NCBI GenBank assembly: GCA_951406725.2 | Contig: OX597824.1 | Span: forward strand, 99,882,001 to 99,946,000 | DNA: 64,000 bases | From: Octopus vulgaris | Taxonomy: Eukaryota | Direction: 5' to 3' | Shown here: positions 9,321 through 23,034 of the stretch, piece by piece | Position numbering within the stretch: the stretch's first letter is position 1 | Layout of the letters: every line of letters begins with the position of its first letter | Position numbers and translations under genes: made by a program | The notes under the pieces: model-generated | The model's input: the letters and a program-made list of their open reading frames with translations, nothing else | Database searches by the model: none | Told to the model about the DNA's origin: nothing

Positions 9321-12300
9321 ATGCAAAATTCTGTCCCCAATCCCTGTGTCTCCCCAGCGCCTCCCCTCCACACCTTTAGAGTTCGCATACTTAATGTGAG
9401 TACATTGAAAGGTAGGTCTGGTGAGATTGTTGAGATGCTTGAGCAGAGACCTGTAGATTTAGCTGCATCCAAGAAATAATGTGGAGAGGCAAAGAGCATA
9501 GGTATAAGATTTACTGAGAGGGGAAAAGTGATAGAGTTTGGGGTGTGGGCAAACTCCTTGTGGAGAAGTGGGTCGATAAGATAATTGAGGTAGTCAGAGT
9601 TTGTGATAGAATACTTAAGCTTAGAATGGTGCTGTAACATGGAACAGCAACCATTATCTCTGCCTATGCCCCTCAGCCAGGTCTACCTGATGAACAGCAA
9701 GACTGGTTTTATGACACTCCCTTGCAGACTACCTCATCGATGAATGACAGGGACCTTCTCTTTATGGCTGGTGACTTCAATGGGAATGTTGGACAACATT
9801 CTGGTAGTTACCATAGTGTGCATGGTGGCAACGGATTTGGTTCCTGCTATGAGGAGGGAACCAAGCTGCTGGAGTTTTGTGATGCAAAGACCTTATGATA
9901 TGCAAAACTGACTTGAGGAAACCTACCAGTCCAGTGGGCACACTAGTTAAATTGACCACATTCTCACCAGGAAATGGGGAATGATGGCTGCTTATAAAGG
10001 CCAAAGCTTTCTCAGGTGAAGAATGCATGCCCTCCCCAGCATAGGTTAGTTGCCAGCGATTTCAAGATCAGGACTAAATGGCTGCCCAGAAGACAACCAG
10101 TGTAGAAAAGAAGGGTCTGGAAGCTTAAAGATCCTCTGAATGGACAGAGATTCAGAGACATATTACTTAAAGCATTTGACAAAAAAGAGAAGGATATAGT
10201 GACATATAATGTTGAGGACAACTGGAGGTTCCTTTGGGACAACTTGTTAAGGGATATGTGGCTGGTACAAAGTCTCCTCTCAACTGAAGGTGACATGGTG
10301 GTGGAACAATGTAGTTGACAGGGCCATTAGAAAAAGGAAACAGGCTTGGAAGGACTGGCAGTCTGGTGGTAGTAGGGAACTATATTAGATAGCCAGAAGG
10401 GAAGCAAGGAGACAGGTATACTTAGCCAGAGGGGAAGCAGTAAAGAAGTTTGCTAATGTTCTGTGCTGTGAGGACCAGAAACTTAAAGTGTTCCAGATTG
10501 CAAGACAGTGTATGAGAGAAAATTGCGATGTCATATGAGAGAAATGAGTCTGCAGGGATGACAGTTCACTTGCATTTAATGATACTGTAAAGAAAGAGGC
10601 TTGGAAATGCCACTATGAAAGGCTGCTAAATAAAGCGAATGAATGAGAGGAGGAGAGTCTGTCAAATGTTGACCCAACTGAGGGACCAGCTATCTGAATC
10701 GACAGTACCTTGGTAGATAAAACAATTAAGGATATGACCCATTAGGAATCACTAGTGAGATGCTTAAAATATCTGGCAATGTGGGTTATGGTCTAGTCAT
10801 CTGTATAGTTAACCAAGTGGTTTACAAAGTGTCATACACAATGACTGGTGTAGCAGCACCATAGTCAACTGGTACAAAGGTAAAGGTGATGCCTTGGATA
10901 GAAATTATTGCAAAGGTATCAAATTGTTGGATCAGGTGATGAAAATCATTGAGAAGGTCATAGCCCAACTAATTAGGGAGAGAGTTAGTCAAGATGAGAT
11001 GCAGTTTGGTTTTGTGCCAGGGAGAAGCACCACCAATGCTATATTTCTGGTAAGGCAGCTGCAGGAGAAATACATAGCCAAAGATAAACCTTGATACTTG
11101 ACTTTTGTTGGCTTGGAAAAAGCCCTTGATAGGGTCTTCTGCTCCATTATCTTGTGGTCAATGCAGGAACTAGGGCTAGATGGGTGGTTGGTGTGAGCTG
11201 TACAAGCCATGTACAGGCATACTGTCAGTAAGGTGAGGGTTGACAATGAGTATAGCAAAGAATTCAGGGTACAAGTAGGGGTTCACCAAAGGTCAGTCCT
11301 CAGCCCCCTCTTGTTCATCATAGTCCTCCAAGCAATAAGGCAAGCTGCCCCTGGGAGCTCCTCTATGCTGATGACCTTGTTCTTATAACTGAATCACTAC
11401 CAGAACTAGAGAAGAAGTTCTAGGTATGGAAACAAGGTCTAGAATCAAAGGGCCTTAGAGTTAACCTAGCAAAAACCGAAGTCTTAGTAAGTAGGAAGGC
11501 AGACAAATCACAAATCCTTTCGGGGAGATGGCCCTGCTCAGTCTGTAAAAAGGCGTAGGTAGAAACTCCATAAGATGTACCCAGTGTAAGCTATGGACAC
11601 ATAAATGGTGCAGCAATATCAGAGGAAGGTTAACAGGGAAAATAGTTTTTATGTGTGAAAGGTGCACAAGTACAATTAACACTAAAAATGTTCAGAAAAT
11701 AGATCCTATAACACGGCAGAGGGGAAAACTAGAAGTAATCAATAGCTTCTGTTACCTAGGTGACCAACTTAGTAGTGGGGGGGGGGGGGTGGATGCTCCA
11801 AGAGCATAGCTGCTGTAATAAGAATTAGTTGGGCAAAGCTAAGAGAGCTCCTATCTCTGCTGGTAACAAATGGTCTCTCTCTCAGAGTAAAAGGTATGAT
11901 GCCAGCATGTAAACAGTCCTGCTACACAGCAGTGAAACATAAGCTGTGGTGGCCAAGAACATGCACAGGCTAGTAAGGAATGAAGCTAGTATGTTCTGCT
12001 GGATGTGTAATGTCAGTGTGCATGCACAACAGAGTGTAAGTGTCCGAGAGAAAAATTGGGGATAAGAGGTGTTATACATGGTGTGCAAGAGAGACAACTA
12101 TGTGTATGGTCATGTAATGCATATGGAGGAGGACAGCTGTATGATGAAGTGCCACATTCTAACAGTGGAGGGAACCTGTGGAAGAGGTAGACAAGCTGTT
12201 GAAGCATGTTCTTCAAATATTGGGCCTCATGGAGACAATGACAAGTGACCAAGATCTTTGGTGATATGCTGTGCTTGAGAAGCCAAGTGAAATTGTAGTT

Positions 12301-12787
12301 GTGGCTGATGCCAGTGTTGTGTAACTGGCACATATAAAACACCCTTCAAAAGTTGGGTTTTAAACTGTGCTTGAGAAGATCTGTCAAGCCAAGTGAAATT
12401 GTAGTTGTGGCCAATGCCAGTGGTGTCTGACTGGCACCTGTGCCAGTGGCTCATAAAATGCAATGTTCAAGCATTTGGCTTCATGGAGCCAGTGACAGTT
12501 GACTAATACCTTTGGTAGTATACCATGCTTGTATTGATCTGTCAAGCCAAGTGAGATTGTAGTCATGGCCGATGCCAGTGTCACATCAGTGGCACCCATG
12601 CTGGTGGAATGTTAAAAGCACCCACTACACTCTTTGAGAGGTTGTTGTTAGGAAGCTTATCCAGCTGTAGAAACCTTGCCAAATCAGATTGGAACCTGAC
12701 ACAGCTCTCTGGCTTACCAGTTTTCAGCCAAGCCATCTAACCCATGCCAGCATGGAAAGTGGATGTTAAATGATGATAATGATGATG
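9321..12787 (+). mobile_element. Near full-length decayed RTE-PHD LINE (APE endonuclease plus RT)
   Basis: EN N-terminus TFRVRILNVSTLKGRSGEIVEML, IISAYAPQ, MAGDFNG; RT with stops and frameshifts; (GAT)n tail. Confidence 0.92.
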
Positions 12788-13277
12788 CTAAATGGCTGCT
12801 ACCCAAGGATGCTACGAATGGCTCTAAATGTGAAATAGAAGCAACATATGGCAAACAAATGCCTTTAGGTGTATTGTCATGTCAGAGTCACATATATCAT
12901 ACATTATCTGATGCTGAACCCACAAACTTTTTCTTCTGAAAAAACTGTGACCATGTTAGAAGAGAAGTAAAAAAAGAGAATAGTAAGTAGTCAGGTATGA
13001 GCACAACACCAATTTACATAAGAGTAGAAGAGTAATTGTTGTTTAACTTTCCAGTCAGACTTGATTAAATAGTTAGCATCCCATTATCCAATGTTCTGTG
13101 ATGTAAATAACCTATTGATCTGCAACACCAACCAGCCACCTGATAATCTACCATTCACTTGATAACCTACCAGTCAGGTGACTGTGTTAGCCAGATCAAT
13201 TAGATTCTCACCAGACAGTGGGATGCATGGTTGCTCTTAAATGTTAAGACCCTCCTTGGTGAAAAATGTACCCCCCC

Positions 13278-16200
13278 CAGTGACTTCAGACTCCAGGCCA
13301 GAAGGATGCCAAGAAGCAGACTAATCTAGAAAAGAAGGATTTTGAAGCTTAAGGACCATTCATATGGTTAGAAAGGGAGGAGGAGCTACACACTTGTGAC
13401 ACAGAGGGCAACTGGGAATTCCTGTGGAACAGCTCTACTGAGTGCCATAGACCAAATCTGCAGATGGTGCAGAGTCCCATTAAGACCTAGGGCAATGTGA
13501 TGTTGGAACGATGTTGTAGACAGGGCCATTAGAATAAAGAAACAGGCTGGAAGGCCTGGAAGAGTGGGGGTAGCGGGGAACTATATTAAATAACCAGAAG
13601 GGAAGCTTAGAGACGAGTATACCTAGCCAAGGGAGAAGCAGAAAAGAAGTTTGCCTATGTTTAGTGACGTGAGGACCAAAGAACTGAAGTGTTTCAGATT
13701 GTAAGACAGTGTGTAAGAGAAAATTGTGATGTTATGGGAGAGAAATGTGACAGCATGGATGATGGTGCACTTGCATTTAATAATTCTACAAAGAAAGAGG
13801 CTTGGAAATGCCATTATGAAAGACTGCTGAACATGGAGAATGAATGGGAGGAGCAGAGTCTGCCATATGTTGACCCAGTTTAGGGACCAGCTACCCGAAT
13901 CGACAGTACCTTGGTAGATAAAGCAATTAAGGATATGAAGATAGGGAAATTCCTCAGCCCATCAGGAATCACCACTGAGATGCTTAAAATATCTGGTGGT
14001 GTGGGTTATGGTCTAGTCATTCGTTTTATAAATCAAGTGGTTCATGAAGGAGTCATACCCAATGACTGGTGTAGCAGCACCATAGTCAACTGGTACAAAG
14101 GTAAAGGTGATGCCTTGGATAGAAATAACATTGATTTACAAAAATTATTTTTGCTCTGAGGCAAGGATGTAAATCAGTGCTTTTTACTAATTTTGATGTG
14201 GTGAATTTGATTTTCTGAACAGTTTTGCTCTATCACCTCTGTTTTTCTTTTTGTTTTGTTTTCCCATATCCCATTTTAATTATACCTTATATAAATTCAA
14301 AATATGTGTTTATTTCATCTGTTACAAAGGCATATTACAGAAAAAATACAGCATAGATACAGGACATTGATGGACATTAATACAATACACACAAATCATA
14401 GTACAGCAGACAGAAGTGAGTTTTTTTTAATGATCTTGTGTGCTTTGCCTCCAGAATGTCACACAAGAGCATCCAGCAAAAGTCCCCCATCATGCTGGGG
14501 TTCCACTTGCTTTGGTAGTTGCTCTCCATCTTAGTAATATATTGGTGGAACCTTTCTTCATTCTCATCACTCACTGCTCTGAGCTTTGGAGGGAAGAGGT
14601 TGAAGTGGAAAAAGTGAATTTTCAGTGACATTCGACATCTCATATCTTCATAAGACTGTAACAACTTCTCAATACACTCTTGGTAATCTAGTACCCATGT
14701 GTTACCAAGGAAGCCATGGCAGATTGACTTTAATGCTTCTCATGCATTCAGTTCTTTTAAGGTAAGAAGCTCTGCAAAGTCCTTGTCCAATGAAGATGTC
14801 CTCCTTGAGCTTAGCAGAACTTGAAGTGGGAACAGAGTGCACAAGCGTTGGAAGGTAGCACCACTTTTATCCATGACTTTCATGAAATTCTTCATTAAAC
14901 CAAGCTTGATATGAATAGGAGAAAGAAGCACCTTGTTTATGTCCACCAGATAATTTTCTTGGACACTGTGTTCACCAGGCATGAAAGTGCTCCTAGATCC
15001 CCAGTCCTGCTTGTAGTGTCCCAGAGACAAAGAAAGCAACAGTACTTTGTGAAGCCTGCTTGCATACCCATAAGGAGCTCAATGACCTTGAAGCCCCGCA
15101 GAGACTCCACTGGTACCGGTTATATTTGACAGCTTCCAAAAGGAGTACCATATTGTCATACAACTCTTTCAGATGGACTCAGAAGGCAATGGAAATGTTG
15201 GGGTATTTATTCCCATTGTGCAGGAGCACAGCCTTCAAACTTTGCTCGGAAGAGTCTATGAAAAGATGCCGGTCTGAGGGATTGTGTGGGAAACCAAGAA
15301 AGCTAAACAAACCAGGGACATTTGTGCAGCAGCACAACCTGTTTCCCGTGTCTAAGAATGAAGCAAAGTCCTCGTTCCATGTCCTGAAACTGCTGATCCT
15401 TACATCTGCCTTGACCACGTTCCACTGTTTAAGCTGGGATGCCAGGAGCTCTGACTGCTGCTTAGATAGATACAAATCATGGGCAAAGTCATTCTGGTCT
15501 TCCTGTGTGGTCCAGTGTCTCCTGAATAAACAACAGAAATGTTGTCTTCAGAAGCGATCAACTTGGCAGGATCTCCCTCTGAAGGCATTTCTTCATCTGA
15601 TGAAAGAAAAAGGTCCTTATTTGGTGGGGGTGTAGGGACAGGAAGATAATCTGAGTAGGGAACAGGTTTCATAGCTGAGAAAAGGTTGGAATATTTGAAT
15701 TTTTTTTCAAGAAGCAATGAAACCTCTTACATCTGCATGGTTTTGTAGCTCTCTCCAGTCCACCGGGACAGCAAAGTTGAAGGCCGCTTTCTTGCCCTGC
15801 AGTCAGTCCATTGTAGCAGAGTTTACAACAGATGTGTGGGGTCCAAGATTTGTCCTGATCTTCAATTTTACAGTCAAAGTAATGGAAGTAGCAAGTTCTC
15901 AGGAGGGAAGTAATTGTTGCGCAACTGTTGTGAAATCCCCTCGTATTTCGGAGAATGAATTTACTTTGTTGATGCATCCTCGATGTTTTGAAGCCATTGT
16001 AGAGATGTATCATCTGTATCACAAAAATCTGGAAAACAAAATAAAAATTTATCATATATGTGGTTACGTGGATTGTCACAAAATCAGTAATGTATATCTC
16101 AAAAACTAGAGGTGATGAGTGAAAACTGGTTTTGATCTGAAATCAGCACCTCAAAATTAGGCTACAATAACTATTTTTATATTCGCCTCAATTTCTCTGT

Positions 16201-18030
16201 TTAACAAGTGTAATTACAAAGTTATCAAATTGTTGAATCACATGATGAAAGTTACAGGGAGAGAGTCATAGCCCAACTAATTAAAGAGAAAGTCAGTCTA
16301 GATGAGATGCAATTCGGGTTTAGTTTCTGGTAAGGTAGCTGATGTTTTATTTCTGGTAAGGTAGCTTCAAGAGAAATACATAGCTTATGTTGACTTCAAG
16401 AAAGCCTTTGACAAGGTCCCCCAATCCCTTATCTGGTTGTCAATATGGAAACTAGGGATAGACAAGTGGTTGGGTTGTGGAGAGCTGTACAAGCCATGTA
16501 CAGGGACACTACCAATCAGATGAGAGTTAGCAACGAGTACAGCGAAGAATTCAGGGTACAATTGGGGGTCCACCAAAGATCAGTCCTCAGCCCCCTCTTG
16601 TTCATCATAGTCCTCCAGGCAATAAGACAGGCTGTCCTTGGGAGCTCTTCAATGCTGATGACCTTGTTCTTATAACTGAATCACTACTAGAACTAGAGAA
16701 GAAGTTTCAGGTATGGAAGCAAAGTCTAGAATTGAATGGCTTAGAGTTAACCTAGCAAAAACCAAAGCCTTAGAAAGTAGGAAGGCAGACAAATCACAAA
16801 TCCTTTCAGGTAGATGGCCCTGCTCAATCTGCAGAAAAGGCATAGGTAAAACTCCATAAGATGCACCCAGGGTAAACTTTGGATGCATAAAAGGTGCAGC
16901 AATATCAGAGGAAGGTTAATAGGGAAAATAGCTTTTGTATGTGGAAGATGCACAGGTACAATAAACACTGAAAATGTACAGGTAATGGTCTCCATCAACT
17001 GCTATGGGAGTAAGCTAGAGGTAGTAGATAGCTTCTGTTCTCTAGGTGACCAAGTTAGTGGTGGAGGTGGATACTCCGAGAGCATAGCTATGAGAATAAG
17101 ATTAGGTTGGGCAAAGTTCAGAGAGCTCCTACATCTACTGGTAACAAAGAGCCTCTCTTTCAGAGTGAAAGGCAGATTGTATGATGCCTGTGTGTGAACA
17201 GCTATGCTACATGGCAGTGAAACATGGGCTGTGACAGCTGAGGACATGCGTAGGCTTGAAAGAAATGCAGCAAATTTGCTTCACTGGATGTGCAATGACA
17301 GTGTGCATGTTCATCAGAGTGTAAAAATTTTGAGAGAAAAATTGGGGATGAGAGGTGTTAGACGTGGTGTGCAAGATAGACAACTGCACTAGTATGGTGA
17401 AGCACTTGGACAAGGACAGCTGTGTAAAGAAATGCCAGTCTCTAACTGTGGAAGGAACCTGTGGTAGAGGTAGACCCAGGAAAACATGGAACAAGGAGGT
17501 GAAGCATGATCTTCAAACTTTGAGTCTCACAGAGGCAATGACTAGTAACTGAGGCCTTTGGTGGTGTGCTGTGCATGAGAGGACCTGTCAAACCAAGTGA
17601 AATCATTGTTGTGGCTGATCCTGGTGTCTCATTACTGGTACCTATGCTGGTGGTGCGTAAAAAGCACCTTTCAAGCATTGAGCCTCATAGAGGCTAAGTG
17701 GCTGAGCACCTTTTGAGTTTTTGGCCTCACAGAGGCAGTGACTGATACCTTTAGCATTATGTAATACTTGAGAAGAAGACCCATCAAGCCAAGCAAAATT
17801 GCAGTCATGGCAGGTACCAGTGTTACACAAATGGCACTCATACTGGTGGCATGTAAAATTACTCATTGCACTCTCAGAGTTGTTAACATTAGGAAGGGCA
17901 TCCAGCCATAGAAATCACATCAAATCAGACTGGAATCTGGTGCAGCCTTCCAGCTTGCCAATCCTAGTCAAACTGTCCAAGTCATGCCAGCATGGACAAC
18001 GGATGTTAAATGATAAAAATGATAATGATG
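13278..18030 (+). mobile_element. Decayed RTE-PHD LINE interrupted by a DNA transposon
   Basis: RT fragments on either side of 14129-16210 join as ALDRN|NY; tail at about 18030. Confidence 0.9.
14129..16210 (-). mobile_element. Chapaev3-like (CMC) DNA transposon with decayed transposase
   Basis: TAA target duplication (14126-28 and 16211-13), CAY...GTG termini with imperfect TIRs; minus-strand peptides DQDKSWTPHICC, LFIDSSEQSLKAVLLHNGNKYP, SPIHIKLGLMKNF, SLKIHF...AVSDENEERFHQ. Confidence 0.85.
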
Positions 18031-18185
18031 TTCTTTCTTTTTCTAAGATGATACAATATTTGCAGGATGTATGGGTGTTATTTACAGAAGATTACGCGAT
18101 TATATAGAATTTTCTGTGATATTTCACAAAGTTATAGTCTGTTGGCTTTAATGTAGGTCTTTTATTTATGTTATTTCTGTCCTTT

Positions 18186-19288
18186 CGTGTGCAGCAGATG
18201 CACAGGGGCAATAGATACCACAGATACTCAGAAAACAGATTCCATCATACTCCAGGGTGACAAACTAGAAGTAGTTGATAGTTTCCGCTACCTAGGTGAC
18301 CAAGTTAGTAGTAGAGGTGGATGCTCAGAGAGTGTCACCAATAGAATACGAATAGCTTGGGCAAAGTTTAGAAAGCTTCTACCCCTACTGGTGACAAAGG
18401 GTCTCTTGCTCAGTGTGAAAGGTAGATTGTATGATGTATGTGTGCAAACTGCCATGCTTTATGGCAGTGAAAACTGGGCTGTGACTACAGAGGACATGCA
18501 TAGGCTTGAAAGAAATGAAGCTAGCATGATCCGCTGGATGTGTAATGTCAGTGTGCACGCATGACAGAGTGTAAGCGCCCTGAGAGAAATGCTGGACATA
18601 AGAAGCATCGGATGTGGTGTGCAAGAGAGACGTTTGTGCTGGTATGGTCATATACTACGGATGGATGAGGAGAGATGTGTGAAGAAGTGCCACTCCCAAA
18701 CAATTGAAGGTATCTGAGGTAGCGGTAGACCCAGGAAGACATGGGATGAGGTGGTCAAGCATGACCTTTCAATGTTGGGCTTTACAAAGGCAATGAATAA
18801 AGACCGAGATCTCTGGAGATATGCTGTGACTGCAAAGACCTGACAAATAATGTGAGTTCATGGCTGTTTCCTGCACCAGTTTTGCATAGCCCCAGCCCAT
18901 CCAAAGTACCTTGGATTGCAGAACAACCTGCTGTGCTTACGTTGGATCGTAGGGTGACCTGCTGTGCTTGAGGAGACCTATTGAGTCAAGTACATCAACA
19001 TCAAAATAAATATCAAATGGAAATTGTAGTTGTGTTACCTGTGCCGGTGGCACGTAAAAAGCACCAACCGATCGTGGCCGTTGCCAGCCTCCCCTACCAC
19101 CTGTGCCGGTGCCATGTAAAAAGCATCCACTACACTCATGGAGTGGTTGGCGTTAGGAAGGGCATCCAACTGTAGAAACACTGCCAGATCAGACTGGAGC
19201 CTGGTGCAGCCCCCTGGCTTCCCAGACCCTGGTCAAACTGTCCAACCCATGCTAGCATGGGAAACGGACATTAAACAATGATGATGAT
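18186..19288 (+). mobile_element. 5'-truncated RTE-PHD LINE
   Basis: ORF 18187-18564 (FRYLGDQV, MLYGSENW), 3' UTR modules, (GAT)n tail. Confidence 0.9.
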
Positions 19289-19446
19289 AGTTAAAAGACA
19301 AAGTAGAGCTCACCTGGATCTGAATATGAAATCCACCTAAAGGCTTAACTTCATTAGTCCACCAAACAACTATTTCTGCCAATTTACAAAAATATCTATT
19401 GTAACTTTTTAAATAATGTAAATGTTGTTAAACTTTTATTTTTCAG

Positions 19447-19577
19447 TCACTAAATATCTTCGACCCAATAGTGCTAGCTTCCGCGATAGACTTGCCAGTA
19501 TCTCTTCACATGCAGTTCAGAAGAAATTTAGACGACTCAAAGGAGTTGTTGTTTCTAAAACTGGATTAACATCCACA
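19447..19577 (+). CDS. RhoGEF exon 4 (DH-BAR linker)
   Basis: tttttcAG|...ACA|GTgagt; (V)TKYLRPNSASFRDRLASISSHAVQKKFRRLKGVVVSKTGLTST resembles the DNMBP/ARHGEF38 linker (KY...H...KK..R...TG); phase 1 in matches exon 3. Confidence 0.88.
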
Positions 19578-19699
19578 GTGAGTTATAAAATTATATCACC
19601 TCTGTTCTATGTATACTAGTTTTAAATGTTATTGTTTTAAGATCAAATAAATATAACCAGAAAGCTCTAAAAGTCTTATTGCTGTGTTTGGGACAATAT

Positions 19700-20430
19700 A
19701 ACCTGTTGTTTTTGTGGCAACAGATTATTATTGTTGTGGCATGGAATAAAAGTGTATCTGTAGACACTGCAGTCTGTTTTCCCTGAGAATAATAGTCTGT
19801 TCCCTCTATAAATACTACAGTCTGTTTTTGTGAAATGTCCTGTTTGTTATATCAATGACACTAATGTCTGTTGCCTTTTTATCATGACAGTGTCATGTCT
19901 GTAATACTAGTTAGGTGTCTATGACATTAACGTCTTGTCTCTGTGAAAATTATAGTTATGTCTACTCTGTAACACTACAGTCTGTTATCTCAGTCACAAC
20001 TTCAGTTTATTTTGTGTCTGAACATTTCAGTTTGTGTGCATGAACATTACAATTTATTGCTTTGATGGAAACTGAAGTTTGTTATCTCTGTAGAGATAAT
20101 TTTATCAGTTAACAATTTACTTTGTGTCTTTGAATACAAGTCTGTTGATCCTGAGGATACTAGTCTGTTGTCATCTCTGGATAGTCAAGTCTGTACCTCT
20201 GTAGACACTTCAGTCTGTTGTCTGTGAACACTACAGCTTGTCTCTTTGAACATTACAGCTTGCTGTCTCATTGTGAACACTAAAGCCTGTCATCTCATTG
20301 TGAACCCTAAAACCTGTCATCTCATTGTGAACACTGCAACCTATTGTCAATGTGTGGATCCTACAACCTGTTGTCTTTTTGTGAACACTGTGGCTTCTTG
20401 TTTCTTTGAACAGTACAATCTGTTGTTGCT
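19700..20430. repeat. Degenerate minisatellite of about 30 bp (tgtgaacactacagtctgttgtct-like)
   Basis: Recurrent gtgaacact...cctgt/tctgtt motif, best preserved at 20220-20430. Confidence 0.7.
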
Positions 20431-22003
20431 CTAATAGCTGAGTCACTACCAGAACTAGAGAAGAAATTTCAAGTATGGAAGAAAGGTCTAGAATCAAAGG
20501 GCCTTAAGGTCAATCTAACAAAAACCAAAGTCTTAGTAAGTAGAAAAGTAGACAAATCACAAATCCAGTCAAGTAGATGGGCCTGTTCAGTCTGTAGAAA
20601 AGGCATAGGTAGAAACTCTATAAGATGTACCTGGTGTAAAATACAGACACTTAAGAGGTGCAGCAATATCAAAGGAAGGTTAACGGGGAAGATAGTTATT
20701 TTATATGTGGCAAGTGCACAGGAGCAATAAACAGCAATGATGTACAGAAAACAAACTGCATTATTTGCTAAGGAGAAAAATCAAGTAGTTGATAGCTTCC
20801 GTTACCAAAGTGACCAAGTTAGTAGAAGTGTGTAGCTGCAAGAATAAGAATAAGCTGAGCAAAGCTCAGAGAGCTCCTATCTCTGCTGGTAACAAAGGGC
20901 CTCTCACTCAGAGAGAAAGGTAGATTGTATGATGCATGTCTGCAAACAGCTGTGCTACATGGCAGTGAAACATGGGCTGTGATTACTGAGGACATGTGTA
21001 GGCTTGAAAGAAATGAAGTTAGTATGATCCACTGGATGTGTAATGTCAGTGTGCATACACAACAAAGAGTAAGCACCCTGAGAGAAAAGTTGGACATAAA
21101 AAGCATCAGATCTGGTGTGCAAGAGATATGACTATGCTGGCATGGTCATGTGTTGCATATGGACGAGGGCAGTTGTGTGAAGAAGTTTCACACTCTAACA
21201 GTGGAGGGAACATGGAAGAGGTAGACCCAAGAAGACATGGGATGAGGTGATGAAGCATGACCTTTCAATGTTGGGCTTTACAAAGGCTATGACAAGTGAT
21301 CAAGACCCTCCACACATTGACAATAGGATCCACACATTGACAATAGGTTGTAGTGTTCACAATGAGACAGCAAGCTGTAATGTTCAAAGAGACAATAAAC
21401 TGTATGAGATATGCTGTGCTTCAGAAGACCTGGCAAGCCAAGTGAGATCATAGCTATGGCCAATGCCAGTGTCACATAACTGGCCCTATTAAATGTGCTT
21501 GAGAAGATCTTTTGTGTCAAGTGAAATCAATCATAGTCGTGGCCGATGTCAGTGCCACCTGACTGGCACCCATGTTGGTGGCACATGAAAAGCACCATTT
21601 AAGTGTGGTCAATGCCAGTGCCACCTGACTGGCACCCATGCTCGTGGCACATAAAATGCACCATTTGAGCATGACTGATGCCAGTGTCACCTGACTGGCA
21701 TTTAAAAAGCACCATTCAAGTGTGGTCAATGACTTGCTCGCATGCTGGTAGCACATAAAAAAGCCCCATTTGAATATGTTCGATGCCAGTGCTGCCTGAC
21801 TGGCTCCCATGCTGGTGGTACATAAAAAGCACCCACTACACTCTCGGAGTGGTTGGCGTTAGGAAGGGCATCCAGCTGTAGAAACCTTGCCAGATCAGAT
21901 AGGAGCCTGGTGCAGCCTCCTGGCTTGCCAGTCGTCAGTCAAACTATCCAACCCATGCTAGCATGGAAAGCAGATGTTAAATGATGATGATGATGATGAT
22001 GAT
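20425..22003 (+). mobile_element. 5'-truncated RTE-PHD LINE with about 5 UTR modules
   Basis: Decayed RT C-terminal half, modules at 21540-21835, (GAT)n tail. Confidence 0.9.
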
Positions 22004-22593
22004 GTTGATCTCTTCAGGATTGGTAGTGGATTCTTGATTTCATACAGATTTCAAGTATTCAGCCTCTCTTTTCATCTTTGCTACTTAAGTATTTTGACCC
22101 ATTGTTAGGAAGAATAGTTCTGTGCTGCCCTTTTTTGGACCAAATACATCTTTCATATTGTCATGCAATGCTCTCAGGCTGCAAGTTAGCAGCCTGTTCC
22201 AATTCTTGGGGCTTTTGTTTTTTTGCCCACCAAGAATTTTTCATCTTACATCTTAGAGGAGATGTATAGGAATCTGAGTTATTGTTTGAAATCCATGGCT
22301 TGTGTTTTCTCTGCACAATTTCTAGGAGAGGTTTGATTTGAGAATCATCTTTATTGAACTTGTCTTGCATTTGACGAATCCTAGAACTTCAGCAGATGAT
22401 GTGACACTGTCTTGAATATTATGCCACAAAACTTCAGTATCTTTGCTTTCATCTATATTCTCAAGTTTTGAATTTACAAACATTTCAGAATACTTTGTTA
22501 TTTCTGAATTTTTTTGAAGAAGGCACAATTATTCTTGGAGGTATATTAGATCTCAGTGGCCTCTTTGCATATGGTTTAGTAAACACCTTAGTG

Positions 22594-22907
22594 TAGGTCT
22601 GGCCAACTCAAATTACATAGCAGGCCACTTTAATCAGAGAAAGTTTTTTAAGGGCTGCTTGTATACTTTATGCTCTAATAGTCAAATAATCAAATTACAG
22701 AATCAAGAATTTTTCATACTTTTCGTTTGTTTAAAATTATAAAATTGTAGGCTATTGCTTTATTGCCATTTATAAATTTTAATTTTGAAACAAATGTTTT
22801 ACACAAACAATTTTACACTAACAATAATGAAACTATTTTGAAATTAAACACAATACTTCAAGAAAGTATCAAGCAGGTTGCAAAAAGCCTCAGGTTGGCC
22901 AGCGCTT
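22594..22907. mobile_element. hAT (Charlie/Buster-like) MITE
   Basis: 8-bp TSD CCTTAGTG with central TA (22586-93 and 22908-15); TIRs taggtctggccaac / gttggccagcgctt. Confidence 0.8.
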
Positions 22908-23034
22908 CCTTAGTGTAAACCATTCTGTGATCCAACACTCAATAGTTTTATGAGCTCTGGTTCATCTGAAGTCAATGCAATCTTTGCTATTAGTTATGAT
23001 ATAGTCAAGCATGTGCCACTTAGCAGATTGGTGA

